A stretch of DNA of 64,000 bases, taken from the NCBI GenBank assembly GCA_950097015.1, contig CATNEN010000001.1:9176001-9240000 (forward strand), in the 5' to 3' direction. The DNA is from Macrostomum hystrix. Taxonomy: Eukaryota; Animalia; Platyhelminthes. This document shows, in pieces, positions 13,870 through 28,574 of this stretch (its first letter is position 1; every line of letters starts with the position of its first letter). A model generated the notes under the pieces. It was not told where the DNA came from, did no database searches, and worked only from the letters and a program-made list of their open reading frames with translations. The position numbers were made by a program, and so were the translations under genes.

Positions 13870-16800
13870 AATTTAATGATTGCTGCGTAGGTGAGGTCAA
13901 TTGACCCCATTTCAGATCCCAAACTAATGATTGTTGCGTAGGTGAGGTCAATTGACCCCATTTCAGATCCCAAACTAATGATTGCTGCGTAGGTGAGGTC
14001 AATTGACCCCATTTCAGATCCCAAACTAATGATTGTTGCGTATGTGAGGTCAATTGACCCCATTTCAGATCCCGAACTAATGATTGTCACGTATGTGAGG
14101 TCAACTGACCCCATTTCAGATCCCAAACTAATGATTGTCACGTATGTGAGGTCAACTAATCCCATTTCAGATCCCATACTAATGATTGCTGCGTTGGTGA
14201 GGTCAACTGACCCCATTTCAGATCCCAAACTAATGATTGTCACGTATGTGAGGTCAACTGACCCCATTTCAGATCCCAAACTAATGATTGTCACGTATGT
14301 GAGGTAAACTGATCCCATTTCAGATCCCAAACTAATGATTGCTGCGTAGGTGAGGTCAACTGATCCCATTTCAGATCCCAAACTAATGATTGTCACGTAT
14401 GTGAGGTCAATTAATCCCATTTCAGATCCCATACTAATGATAGCTGCGTTGGTGAGGTCAATTGACCCCATTTCAGATCCAAACTAATGATTGTCACGTA
14501 TGTGAGGTCAACTGATCCCATTTCAGATCCCAAACTAATGATTGTCACGTACGAGCTATGTGAGGTCAACTGACCCCATTTCAGATCCCAAACTAATGAT
14601 TGCTGCGTAGGTGAGGTCAATTTATCCCCATTTCAGATCCCAAACTAATGATTGTCACGTACGAGCTATGTCAGGTCAACTGACCCCATTTCAGATCCCA
14701 AACTAATGATTGCTCCGTAGGTGAGGTCAATTTATCCCCATTTCAGATCCCAAACTAATGATTGTCACGTATGTGAGGTCAACTGACCCCATTTCAGATC
14801 CCAAACTAATGATTGTCACGTATGTGAGGTCAACTGACCCCATTTCAGATTCCAAACTAATGATTGTTGCGTAGGTGAGGTCAATTGACCCCATTTCAGA
14901 TTCCAAACTAATGATTGTTGCGTAGGTGAGGTCAATTGACCCCATATCAGATCCCAAACTAATTATTGCTGCGTAGGTGAGGTCAACTGACCCCATTTCA
15001 GATCCCAAACTAAGGATTTTTTCACGTATGTGAGGTCAACTGACCCCATTTCAGATCCCAAACTAATGATTGTCACGTATGTGAGGTCAACTGACCCCAT
15101 TTCAGATCCAAAACTAATGATTGTCACGTATGTGAGGTCAACTGACCCCATTTCAGATCCCAAACTAATGATTGTCACGTATGTGAGGTAAACTGATCCC
15201 ATTTCAGATCCCAAACTAATGATTGCTGCGTAGGTGAGGTCAACTGATCCCATTTCAGATCCCAAACTAATGATTGTCACGTATGTGAGGTCAACTAATC
15301 CCATTTCAGATCCCAAACTAATGATAGCTGCGTTGGTGAGGTCAATTGACCCCATTTCAGATCCAAACTAATGATTGTCACGTATGTGAGGTCAACTGAT
15401 CCCATTTCAGATCCCAAACGAATGATAGCTGCGTTGGTGAGGTCAATTGACCCCATTTCAGATCCAAACTAATGATTGTCACGTATGTGAGGTCAACTGA
15501 CCCCATTTCAGATCCCAAACTAATGATTGTTGCGTAGGTGAGGTCAATTGACCCCATTTCAGATTCCAAACTAATGATTGTTGCGTAGGTGAGGTCAATT
15601 GACCCCATTTCAGATCCCAAACTAATTATTGCTGCGTAGGTGAGGTCAACTGACCCCATTTCAGATCCCAAACTAATTATTGCTGCGTAGGTGAGGTCAA
15701 CTGACCCCATTTCAGATCCCAAACTAATTATTGCTGCGTAGGTGAGGTCAACTGACCCCATTTCAGATCCCAAACTAATGATTGCTGCGTAGGTGAGGTC
15801 AACTGACCCCATTTCAGATCCCAAACTAATGATTGCTGCGTAGGTGAGGTCAACTGACCCCATTTCAGATCCCAAACTAATGATTGTCACGTATGTGAGG
15901 TCAACTGATCCCATTTCAGATCCCAAACTAATGATTGCTGCGTAGGTGAGGTCAACTGACCCCATTTCAGATCCCAAACTAATGATTGCTGCGTAGGTGA
16001 GGTCAACTGACCCCATTTCAGATCCCAAACTAATTATTGCTGCGTAGGTGAGGTCAACTGACGCCATTTCAGATCCCAAACTAATTATTGCTGCGTAGGT
16101 GAGGTCAACTGACCCCATTTCAGATCCCAAACTAATTATTGCTGCGTAGGTGAGGTCAACTGACCCCATTTCAGATCCCAAACTAATTATTGCTGCGTAG
16201 GTGAGGTCAACTGACCCCATTTCAGATCCCAAACTAATTATTGCTGCGTAGGTGAGGTCAACTGACCCCATTTCAGATCCCAAACTAATGATTGCTGCGT
16301 AGGTGAGGTCAACTGACCCCATTTCAGATCCCAAACTAATGATTGCTGCGTAGGTGAGGTCAACTGACCCCATTTCAGATCCCAAACTAATGATTGCTGC
16401 GTAGGTGAGGTCAACTGACCCCATTTCAGATCCCAAACTAATGATTGTCACGTATGTGAGGTCAACTGACCCCATTTCAGATCCCAAACTAATGATTGCT
16501 GCGTAGGTGAGGTCAACTGACCCCATTTCAGATCCCAAACTAATTATTGCTGCGTAGGTGAGGTCAACTGACCCCATTTCAGATCCCAAACTAATGATTG
16601 CTGCGTAGGTGAGGTCAATTGACCCCATTTCAGATCCCAAACAAATGATTGTCATGTATGTGAGGTCAACTGACCCCATTTCAGATCCCAAACTAATGAT
16701 TGTTGCGTAGGTGAGGTCAATTGACCCCATTTCAGATCCCAAACTAATTATTGCTGCGTAGGTGAGGTCAACTGACGCCATTTCAGATCCCAAACTAATG

Positions 16801-17592
16801 ATTGCTGCGTAGGTGAGGTCAACTGACCCCATTTCAGATCCCAAACTAATTATTGCTGCGTAGGTGAGGTCAACTGACGCCATTTCAGATCCCAAACTAA
16901 TTATTGCTGCGTAGGTGAGGTCAACTGACGCCATTTCAGATCCCAAACTAATTATTGCTGCGTAGGTGAGGTCAACCGGCCCCATTTCAGATCCCAAACT
17001 AATGATTGCTGCGTAGGTGAGGTCAATTGACCCCATTTCAGATCCCAAACTAATGATTGCTGCGTAGGTGAGGTCAATTGACCCCATTTCAGATCCCAAA
17101 CTAATGATTGTCACGTATGTGAGGTCAACTGACCCCATTTCAGATCCCAAACTAATGATTGTCACGTATGTGAGGTCAACTGATCCCATTTCAGATCCCA
17201 AACTAATGATTGTCACGTATGTGAGGTCAACTGACCCCATTTCAGATCCCAAACTAATGATTGCTGCGTAGGTGAGGTCAACTGATCCCATTTCAGATCC
17301 CAAACTAATGATTGTCACGTATGTGAGGTCAACTGACCCCATTTCAGATCCCAAACTAATGATTGTCACGTATGTGAGGTCAACTGACCCCATTTCAGAT
17401 CCCAAACTAATGATTGTTGCGTAGGTGAGGTCAATTGACCCCATTTCAGATCCCAAACTAATGATTGCTGCGTAGGTGAGGTCAACTGACCCCATTTCAG
17501 ATCCCAAACTAATGATTGCTGCGTAGGTGAGGTCAACCGGCCCCATTTCAGATCCCAAACTAATTATTGCTGCGTAGGTAGGTGAGGTCAAC
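13870..17592. repeat. 51-bp tandem repeat (tcaactgaccccatttcagatcccaaactaatgattgctgcgtaggtgagg), ~70 copies
   Basis: Direct periodicity; 17-aa period in the spurious ORFs. Confidence 0.96.
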
Positions 17593-18324
17593 TGGCTTTC
17601 GAATTGTCGGACACTTGGCCAAATTGAAATGCCATGCATATTTGAGCATATTAAAGCATTTTTATAAGCATTGCTCAAACGAAAACTGTGAAAAGCACAG
17701 TAGATTCTCGCACCCTTATTCGCTTAGCTAATTAAGCCCCCACTTTGCCCCAAATGGAATGTTATAACAACTCTGCATTAAATTGACATGATTTATGACT
17801 GCATTTGTGAGTGAATGCTCATTGTGACAGCATGTGTGTGTGACTCATCCGGTAGAAACCACCGGCTGTTAATTATTGGGGGGGTAGATTATAATGCTAA
17901 ATCTATTTACAATTCCCATAGTTGCTCTTCTTCTTTATCTAGCTAGAGGACGTGAACTATATTATCCTCTCTCTCTGTCTCTCCCTCTCTTCCACTAACT
18001 CTAATTCACAAAAGGGAAATCGACTTAAAAAAGGATTGGAGTTACAGGGGATTACATGTGCTCGCGAGATGTGCTGCACAATAAGCTTGTTAAGGGCCTT
18101 TTATTGCAAGCAGTTACGGCCTAAATAATGAATAATGCTTAGCTAAAGGTGTTTCAAACCCAGTGTGACATATTGAGATTGAGAGTAAAATAGATAAATG
18201 TAGGTAGATGATCAAGGAGCTAATACAGGAAGCTAAGTATCTATACATAGTCGGACTTGTAGGGGGTAGATAGAGAGTGACAGGTAGATAGAGATTAGAG
18301 GTAGATAAAAGACTGAGAGGAAGA

Positions 18325-19295
18325 TAAGACTGAGAGGTAGATAGAGACTGGTAGGGAGATAGAGACTGGTAGGGAGATAGAGACTGGTAGGGAGATAGAG
18401 ACTGGTAGGGAGATAGAGACTGGTAGGGAGATAGAGACTGGTAGGGAGATAGAGACTGGTAGGTACATAGAGACTGGTAGGGAGATAGAGACTGGTAGGT
18501 ATATAGACTGGTAGGGAGATAGAGACTGGTAGGTATATAGAGACTGGTAGGGAGATAAGAGTCTGAGAGGTAGATAGAGACTGGTAGATAGAGACTGGTA
18601 GGTATATAGAGACTGGTAGGGAGATAAGAGTCTGAGAGGTAGATAGAGACTGGTAGATAGAGACTGGTAGGTATATAGAGACTGGTAGGGAGATAGAGAC
18701 TGGTAGGTATATAGAGACTGGTAGGGAGATAGAGACTGGTAGGTATATAGAGACTGGTAGGGAGATAAGAGTCTGAGAGGTAGATAGAGACTGGTAGGTA
18801 TATAGAGACTGGTAGGGAGATAGAGACTGGTAGGTATATAGAGACTGGTAGGGAGATAGAGACTGGTAGGTATATAGAGACTGGTAGGGAGATAAGAGTC
18901 TGAGAGGTAGAGACTGGTAGGTATATAGAGACTGGTAGGGAGATAGAGACTGGTAGGTATATAGAGACTGGTAGGGAGATAGAGACTGGTAGGTATATAG
19001 AGACTGGTAGGGAGATAAGAGTCTGAGAGGTAGAGACTGGTAGGTATATAGAGACTGGTAGGGAGATAGAGACTGGTAGGTATATAGAGACTGGTAGGGA
19101 GATAGAGACTGGTAGGTATATAGAGACTGGTAGGGAGATAAGAGTCTGAGAGGTAGAGACTGGTAGGTATATAGAGACTGGTAGGGAGATAGAGACTGGT
19201 AGGTATATAGAGACTGGTAGGGAGATAGAGACTGGTAGGTATATAGAGACTGGTAGGGAGATAAGAGTCTGAGAGGTAGATAGAGACTGGTGGGT
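18325..19295. repeat. 18-bp minisatellite (gagactggtagggagata / gagactggtaggtatata) with local higher-order units
   Basis: Direct periodicity; the variant block gagataagagtctgagaggta recurs. Confidence 0.93.
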
Positions 19296-21769
19296 ATAGA
19301 GAGGCAAGTATAAAGGGAGGCATTTAGTAAAATATGGGATTGATTTAGTTCGAAAGATAAAATTCCAACACGTAATCCTTGCATAGTTAAAGCTGCATAA
19401 AATACCCTGAATACCTTTAAATCCCTATTTTCCTTTATCCATGTACAGGTAAACTACAGAATCCTTAAAAATCTCGCTTCGACAAGCACCTAAATGAAGT
19501 TGTTAATTATTTCGTGTTGCGTGATCAATCCTTTCCAATCCTTTCTCATCCTCTATACCTTCTTTATTCTTATGTGCCTTTACCTGAATGCTAGTCTCTA
19601 GCCTTGATGGCCGCACGCACATGCAGTTATCCCATGTTAATTTATTGTAGTATAAACCGCCCCATGGCTTATGGGGTATTTCTAAAAGCAGAATCCATTT
19701 TATAAATTGACTCATGCGGCAGTTCTCGTCCTCCACCATATCCCTCACCCCAAAACACACTCAAAGCAGGGTCTGCAGTTGCTGGACCAGTTCCCACTCT
19801 ATACTCACTGCGTGCAACGTTCTAGACCTGTCAAAAATGGTTGCCAAGGCTTGTTTGATTTAATATTCATCAACTCATATGAGTTGGTAAGTCAATTTTT
19901 CATTTCCATCACTCGGAGTACAAGTTCAAGGTATGAAATATTACAGCATACAGCTTCGCACTTCACTCCGCAGTTTATTTTATATTACAGCGTCTACAGA
20001 TTCAGTTGAGACTACAAAAACTGTTCAATCTGGGGTCGAGTTGGAATTAAAGGGCAATAGTAGACTTTTAAAATCCTTCCTGACCTTACAAAAATAGCAG
20101 TGTTATCCTCTGGACTGGTCTGGTCTGATTCATTTTATCAATCGAGTAAGATCTCTCTTACTCTGCCTTTCTTTTTTATATTTTGCCGCCCTCTGATTGG
20201 TCAGCTTCTCTTACCCTCAAGGCCGAATTCTCTCACCCACTGCTGTACATTCCACTTCACTCCGCTGTCATCTTATCGTATCACACCTTCGATTATTCAA
20301 AGGGTTTTCTATTTAAAAGAATAAAAGTGCCTAACAAAAATAACTCGTCTTGTGTACATCTGCCTGATGTTCAAGTGAGTGACAAAAACAAAAACAAAAA
20401 CAACTTGTGCACGATTTTAAACCGTTTAATTTCACAAGGAAAACCGCAGCTAAAAAACTGCAGCGTGAAATATGAGTTCTTACAATTTGTTTTTTGCAAT
20501 GGCTTCAATTTCTCATTAATCATCATTTTCCGGATTGCAGATCAGGAAGCCACAGACACCAATTAAATAGTAAAAAGACAAAGTCCCTCTTTTCCCCAAT
20601 TCCCAATGGATGAGAATCGAAGAGTGGGCAACAGAGTGGAGGAGGAGGGCCGCTTTTTTTACTCAGCTTTTAATTTTCCGATCAGTTTTCTGCGTGGGAG
20701 ATGGGGAAAATCATACACAAAGACGCGAGTGGAGAGGGGTGGTGGTTAACATTAGCTATGGGAATTTAGGGAACCCCTGAATTTCAAAAATTATGCCGCT
20801 ATGGGTTAAAGGAGTGCAAGGGAGTTTTTTCGTTTGGGGCCTCAACAGTCGATCAGTGAGTGAAGGGTGTGGAATGACTCATACCCCAAATAGCCTTCCT
20901 CATTCATTCCCCGACTATAAGCGCCTTCCTCCTATTTCAACTCCCCCCCCCCAATATTTTCTTATCATTCTCTGCCCCACCCGTTCAGACTTCAGACAGT
21001 AATTCCAATAGGCCCGGGCCATCCAATCCAGTCAGACCGTTTCACGCCCAGCGTACATCGATAATGTACGTTCCACACACGCATGCCCCCACCCCTTTCA
21101 ATTTTTCACTTTGACTGTCCTTGACACACACACACAAACCAAGCGAATCCATTAAAGTAAAGGACTGGATTGCAGAGCAGAAGGAAGTTGTCTATCTGCT
21201 CCTATATGACTATAAAAGGATAAGTAGGAAGCAGATTGCTTAACGTTATATTATTATAACTCAGCCTTAATCTCGCACACAAAGCTTTACTGTTCTAGTA
21301 GGGCCTAAAGCCATTTTTAGTTTTCGCTCAGACTTCCGTTCTTTGTTCCGACTTCTGATCTGTTCTTTAATAACCAGTAAAATAGATATTACTGGTTATC
21401 TATCTATATGAATATCTATATGAAATAGATAGATATTTCATTTCCATTGGCCAAAATCGACATTAGCGATAATAGACGGACGAGCTCGACGATAATTTCA
21501 GCAGCAATATTCATCGTCACCATTAATACGTACTGACAGAGCTGCATAAAACATCGAGTAAGTTGTCTTGAAAATAAATATATTACGTATACAGTGTGAG
21601 GCTTCCTGATTAGGGCCTACCTAGCGCCTAGGCCCTTGCGGGAAAAGTTGAGGCTATAGAGTATTGAGCAGGTTAAAGGTAAGATTATCTCATAAAGGAA
21701 GTCTTCCAGACAGGAAATAAGTCAGACTCAGGACACAAAAGTTGAAAAAATGTGAGATTATACAAGCCA

Positions 21770-23880
21770 GATAGGGAAATGGTGAGATTATAGAGGCAAA
21801 AGGTGAGATTCTAGGGACGGAAACTGTGAGATTCTATTCCTAAAGTCTAGAGACAAAAGGGTGAGATTCAAGTCCAACAGAAAAAAAGGGATGAGATTCT
21901 AGTCCTAAAGATTGAAAGGGTGAGATTCTAGTCATAGAGATAGAAAGGGTGAGATTCTAGTCCTAGAGATAGAAAGGGTGAGATTCTAGTCCTAGAGATA
22001 GAAAGGGTGAGATTCTAGTCCTAAAGATTGAAAGGGTGAGATTCTAGTCCTAGAGATAGAAAGGGTGAGATTCTAGTCCTAGAGATAGAAAGGGTGAGAT
22101 TCTAGTCCTAGAGATAAAAAGGGTGAGATTCTAGTCCTAGAGATAGAAAGGGTGAGATTCTAGTCACTAGAGATAGAAAGGGTGATATTCTAGTCCTCGA
22201 GATGGAAAGGGTGAGATTCTAGCTAAGGAAAGGGTGAGATACTAGCTAAGGAAAGGGTGAGAGTCTAGATAGGGAAATGGTGAGATTCTAGCTAAGGAAA
22301 GGGTGAGAGTCTAGATAGGGAAAGGGTGAGATTCTAGCTAAGGAAAGGGGGAGATTCTAGCTAAGGAAAGGGTGAGAGTCTAGATAGGGAAAGGGTGAGA
22401 TTCTAGCTAAGGAAAGGGTGAGATTCTAGCTAAGGAAAGGGTGAGATTATAGATTGGGAAAGGGTGAGATTCTAGCTAGGGAAAGGGTGAGATTCTAGAT
22501 AGGGAAAGGGTGAGAGTCTAGATAGGGAAATGGTGAGATTCTAGCTAAGGAAAGGGTGAGAGTCTAGATAGGGAAAGGGTGAGATTCTAGATAGGGAAAG
22601 GATGAGATTCTAGCTAAGGAAAGGGTGAGAGTCTAGATAGGGAAAGGATGAGATTCTAGATAGGGAAAGGATGAGATTCTAGCTAAGGAAAGGGTGAGAG
22701 TCTAGATAGGGAAAGGGTGAGATTCTAGCTAGGGAAAGGGTGAGATTCTAGATAGGGAAAGGGTGAGAGTCTAGATAGGGAAATGGTGAGATTCTAGCTA
22801 AGGAAAGGGTGAGAGTCTAGATAGGGAAAGGGTGAGATTCTAGATAGGGAAAGGATGAGATTCTAGCTAAGGAAAGGGTGAGAGTCTAGATAGGGAAAGG
22901 ATGAGATTCTGGCTAGGGAAAGGATGAGATTCTAGCTAGGGAAAGGGTGAGATTCTAGATAGGGAAAGGATGAGATTCTAGCTAGGGAAAGGGTGAGATT
23001 CTAGATAGGGAAAGGATGAGATTCTAGATAGGGAAAGGATGAGATTCTAGCTAAGGAAAGGGTGAGAGTCTAGATAGGGAAAGGGTGAGATTCTAGATAG
23101 GGAAAGGATGAGATTCTAGCTAAGGAAAGGGTGAGAGTCTAGATAGGGAAAGGATGAGAGTCTAGATAGGGAAAGGGTGAGATTCTAGCTAAGGAAAGGG
23201 TGAGATTCTAGCTAAGGAAAGGGTGAGAGTCTAGATAGGGAAAGGGTGAGAGTCTAGATAGCGAAATGGTGAGATTCTAGCTAAGGAAAGGGTGAGAGTC
23301 TAGATAGGGAAATGGTGAGATTCTAGATAGGGAAAGGATGAGATTCTAGCTAAGGAAAGGGTGAGAGTCTAGATAGGGAAAGGATGAGATTCTGGCTAGG
23401 GAAAGGATGAGATTCTAGCTAGGGAAAGGGTGAGATTCTAGATAGGGAAAGGATGAGATTCTAGCTAGGGAAAGGGTGAGATTCTAGATAGGGAAAGGAT
23501 GAGATTCTAGATAGGGAAAGGATGAGATTCTAGCTAAGGAAAGGGTGAGATTCTAGCTAAGGAAAGGGTGAGAGTCTAGATAGGGAAAGGGTGAGAGTCT
23601 AGATAGCGAAATGGTGAGATTCTAGCTAAGGAAAGGGTGAGAGTCTAGATAGGGAAATGGTGAGATTCTAGATTGGGAAAGGGTGAGATTCTAGCTAAGG
23701 AAAGGGTGAGAGTCTAGATAGGGAAATGGTGAGATTCTAGATTGGGAAAGGGTGAAATTCTAGCTAGGGAAAGGGTGAGATTTTAGATAGGGAAAGGGTG
23801 AGAGTCTAGATAGGGAAATGGTGAGATTCTAGCTAAGGAAAGGGTGAGAGTCTAGATAGGGAAAGGGTGAGATTCTAGAG
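21770..23880. repeat. Compound minisatellite: 29-bp unit (gaaagggtgagattctagtcctagagata) switching at ~22200 to a 23-bp unit (gaaagggtgagattctagctaag)
   Basis: Direct periodicity with the shared core gaaagggtgagattctag. Confidence 0.93.
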
Positions 23881-24559
23881 GGAAACGGTAAGATCATTGT
23901 GCACGGTACACATGCATGTAGCGATGAAGAAGTGATTTGCATGATTCCATCAGTCATGAAAAACATGCACAACTCATTAATCCTTCAATTCCGTCCATGT
24001 GGCTCATTAGTGATCAAAAGTCGCATACAAAGCCCAATAAGCTAATCCAATGTAATTCAGGTAATTTAGTTTTCATCGACCGTTGCCCCTGTTCCGTGTA
24101 CTCAGCTCACATACTGTCAAGCATTTTTCCGCACACAAGAAACTGAGTTTTGCTTCTAGCTGTTAGCTGTATAACCTTCAGTTCCTACACTTCCATGAAA
24201 ATACCAGTGCGAATTTGTATAGACCTACATGCATATAATCCAGATTGCAAACAAGGCATAGCTAGACTATATGCTTCCTAGGTAACTAAATTGTGTTCAT
24301 CCTAATTGGCTCTTCCCCGACTCCATTTACTACTAGAACCTAGAATGAATTCCGTCCCAAGGGGTTACTGAAAAAACCCTCTGAAACAAAATTCCCCTTG
24401 GATTTGGGATTTTTTCAATCTGACTGCAAAGTTTAGAGTTTGTTTTTTTCGCGCGAAATTTCCTTTTGGTGCACAACGCCTTTCAATGTAACACAGAGCT
24501 CTCCACTTCCCTAAATTTCCATAAGGTTCCCTAAACTTCACATACCCTACTCTACGCCT

Positions 24560-25720
24560 TCCCTTCCCATAGCTTTCTCCCCTCCCCTTCCCCAGTTCCC
24601 ATAGCTTTCTCCTCTCCCTTCCCCAGTTCCCATAGCTTTCTCCTCTCCCCTTCCCAAGTTCCCATAGCTTTCTCCCCTCCCCTTCCCCAGTTCCCATAGC
24701 TTTCTCCCCTCCCTTCCCAAGTTCCCATAGCTTTCTCCCCTCCCTTCCTAAGTTCCCATAGCTTTCTCCCTCCCCTTCCGAAGTTCCCATAGCTTTCTCC
24801 CCTCCCTTCCCAAGTTCCCATAGCTTTCTCCCCTCCCTTCCCAAGTTCCCATAGCTTTCTCCCCTCCCTTCCCAAGTTCCCATAGCTTTCTCCCCTCCGT
24901 TCCCAAGTTCCCATAGCTTTCTCCCCTCCCTTCCTAAGTTCACATAGCTTTCTCCCTCCCCTTCCGAAGTTCCCATAGCTTTCTCCCCTCCCCTTCCCAA
25001 GTTCCATAGCTTTCTCCCCTCCCCTCCCCAGTTCCCATAGCTTTCTCCCCTCCATTCCCAAGTTCCCATAGCTTTCTCCCCTCCCCTTCCCATCCCAACT
25101 TCCCATAGCTTTCTCCCCTCCCCTTCCCCAGTTCCCATAGCTTTCTCCCCTCCCCTCCCCAGTTCCCATAGCTTTCTCCCCTCCATTCCCAAGTTCCCAT
25201 AGCTTTCTCCCCTCCCCTTCCCATCCCAACTTCCCATAGCTTTCTCCCCTCCCTTCCCAACTTCCCATAGCTTTCTCCCCTCCCCTTCCCCAGTTCCCAT
25301 AGCTTTCTCCCCTCCCCTCCCAAGTTCCCATAGCTTTCTCCCCTCCCCTTCCTATAGCTTTCTCCCCTCCCCTCCCAAGTTCCCATAGCTTTCTCCCCTC
25401 CCCTTCCTATAGCTTTCTCCCCTCCCCTCCCAAGTTCCCATAGCTTTCTCCCCTCCCCTTCCTATAGCTTTCTCCCCTCCGCTTCCCAAGTTCCCATAGC
25501 TTTCTCCCATCCCCTCCACAGTTCCCATAGCTTTCTCCCCTCCATTCCCAAGTTCCCATAGCTTTCTCCCCTCCCCTTCCCAAGTTCCCATGGCTTTCTC
25601 CCATCCCTCTTCCCATAGCTTTCTCCTATCCCCTTCCTATAGCTTCACCCATTTCCTTCCCATGGCCTTCTCCCATCCCCTTCCCATAGCTTTCTCCCAC
25701 CCAGCTTCCCATATTTTCCC
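24560..25720. repeat. ~31-bp polypyrimidine/polypurine minisatellite (cccatagctttctcccctcccttcccaagtt)
   Basis: Direct periodicity with length variants. Confidence 0.92.
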
Positions 25721-26987
25721 ATTCTCGTCTTATACGTTTCTTCTCGTATAGGCTCTATATGTGGCACGAACCAAACAGAAATGTATGACCCTAACTATAC
25801 ATGCGACTGCATTACGAATGTATTCGTAAAAAAGAAGAAATAGTACAAAGTACAGCCTTCTTCTTGTTGTTATTCTTTATGCTAGTAAGTTCATAGAGTC
25901 CCAGTTGGAAGACACCTGTGCTGTAGTAATTTAAGGTAAAAATTGTCCAGGTTATCTAAGTTCACTTAACTCATTGCCCTCTCGTGGGTCCCTCGCTTCG
26001 CCCCTGACTAGTTCCCAGACACTTGGCTGCTAATTTCAAGAAAAAAGTCTAGATTAGTTTGAGTATTTAGGAAGCAAGAAATGCACGGTATATACAGTTT
26101 ATCTTGTACAAATTTAGTCTTCAGTGTGTGGTTGGCAATTTGGGTATATACCACTTCTCTACCTTCTAGAGTCTCTCCTTTTCATAGTCTGCAGTCTCCA
26201 TCTATAGAGGAAGCCCTGCCAGACAATTATGGCTAGATACGAATTACTGAGAAGAGTTAAGAGTTGAGACCGTTCAACAATTTTGCCTTTCTCTCACTGC
26301 AGTGCACAGCAATGCACCCATTTTTTCCAAGCCTAATATTTGGTATATACTCTGCTTTGGCATTGCTATAAGTGTTGAAGACGAACTATTGTTATTAATA
26401 GTTGGCATGGTTTTATATAGTCAACTTTTAGATATATAGCTTTAGCTAAATAGTAGACTCCATGCAACTGCTGGGGTGGATGAAGCTTCATTTTTCCTTC
26501 TCCTGCAGTCTCTCTCTCTCTCTCATTCTCTTTCATTTTCTTCTCATTTTGCTCTCGTCAGCTAATACTGTTATTGCTGTGAGGTTTGCTAAGATTTTAG
26601 TGGTTCGAGACCGCGACGAAAAAAGCTGTCCAACCCAATTGGGTTGAAGTGACGTGGGTGGGTGTGTGTGTGAGCGAAGGGCAGGGAGAGAAGATGTAGC
26701 ACTTTATTAACAGCAAACTCCACATATTTAGTTTAGCTAGCTCGACAGAAGCAAGAGTTTAAGAAGAAAACTAACTGATCCAGAAGACAGCTAAGAATAA
26801 AATCTCAGGATTTGGCCTCTCTAACTCTTGATCTTGGTTCGTTTGATTTTAGATCGCGCAGGGGCTTCTTGTTGACTTCTAGATCTACTCGATGCCAGTT
26901 GCAGTTGCCCTGGTTACCACACAGCCTTTTCGCTGCGTCAAACAATTTTTTTGTTTTCTTGCTTAACTGCCTGTGAAGACTATCGCT

Positions 26988-28522
26988 ATGTCGGAGCTGA
27001 ATCTGTTCTCACTTCTTTGGCGCCGAGATACTCAAAGTCTGCAGGAATTGTTGGACTGCTATGAATTAACCGATTCAGATCGTAGCATTCTAATCAGCAT
27101 CCGGTGTCTTCGCGAGCAGTGCACCTGCGCCTTGAACAATCAGGAGGTGCTCATGCTGAAAGCGTTTCGCGACACCAAACTAGTAGCTGGCAGCTGGAGC
27201 AAGGCCAAGGCTAGTAGTGCTTCGTCCAATTTAGTTGCTAAGCAGAACGCTTCCCCAGGCGCCAATGGCACCGAGAAGAGTATCAAAGTGATCTTGACCG
27301 ATTATTCATCTGGTTGGTTTGAAGTGCTGAACGAGAGTGGCGCCTCCATTCCCTACTGGACTAGCGTGAAAGATGTGGCCAGAAACAAGCCACAGTCAAT
27401 CTTTCTGCGCAAAGATCAGAAATGCCTGTTCGCCAAGAACAAAGCCGGCAATGGAAATTTCGATTTGAGCGCCGAGAGCACCGGCCTGCTCAAAGCCGGC
27501 ACCGTGCTCAATTATGTTGAGAGTGGCAAATTTCGCGTGCAGAAGCATCGCAAAGTCAAAGAGTTGCCGCTAGTAAAGTGCTCCGATGCCAATGGCCACC
27601 TGGTGTTCCTCAACTTGGAGGACAAGTGCGCCGTTAGTCCGGTGGCCGGAGCTGAGAACATCTCAGGAGTCCACACTCTGCAGTCATTGTTAAGCAAATT
27701 CCAGTTCCCGCTGAGTGTTCGCCCAGTGTTTGGGCCTCCGCTGCCCTGGCTGTCCTACTCCGATAGGCACAGCCTGCGCCTGACCTCCTGTCACCGCGGC
27801 GACCTACTGTTCCTGGCCTCGCTATCAAATCCGGAGAGATTCTTTGTTGTAACACCCGAGATGCTGAGTGAGCACGCATTTCGCGTTGGTGAATCGGAGC
27901 TCGGCCATCATGTTCAACTGTTAGAGCGGCATTCTACCCGCGTGACCCAGTTCCTGCAGTCCTATCATCCGTTTGAGGCTCTGCGCTACCTGATCAGACA
28001 CCTTGACGATGCCACTAATCAATTGGCGCCACAGGAGCGATGCTACCTTCAGATTGGGGATCAGCAGCCTGTTCTGATGCAGCAGCAACTGCCACCGCAG
28101 CAGCAGCAGCAGCAGCAGCAACTGCAGCAACAACAGCCATTGGAAGTGGACGATCTGCTTGATGAAGTTGAAGACATTTATTTTTACGTCAGGACTGGAA
28201 GAATGCCCACTCATTCGCAACACTACCAGCAGCAGCAGAAACTTCAAAAGCAGCAGCAGCAGCAGCAGCAGTTGCAGCAGCACAGCAAGTCGAATTCGTC
28301 CAATGACAGTGGCCTGGTGCTAGTTAATCCGCCTCGTCTGCGCCAAGCCGAGTGCATGGGAGTGCCAGCCGCGCCGCGACCCTTTCGAGCCACCAGCTGC
28401 GACGATCTGCTAGAGGCTGGCAGAGAGAAACGGCGACAGCAGCAGGCTCCGGCACCTCAGACACAGCCTCAGCAGCAGCAGCAACAACTATATCAGCAGC
28501 CTCATCCACAGGCCCAACCGCA

Positions 28523-28574
<52 letters not shown>

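Noticed and set aside
19400-21700. Short ORFs in the unique stretch between satellites
   Set aside because: AT-rich, no recognisable domains and no consistent exon chain; may hold non-coding exons but this cannot be supported from sequence.
11540-25616. Long repetitive ORFs (YLTLPLTYLP, MGSVDLTYAAIISLGSE, YQSLSP, GEGRKLWELG)
   Set aside because: All coincide with minisatellites; frames cycle or are broken by indels.
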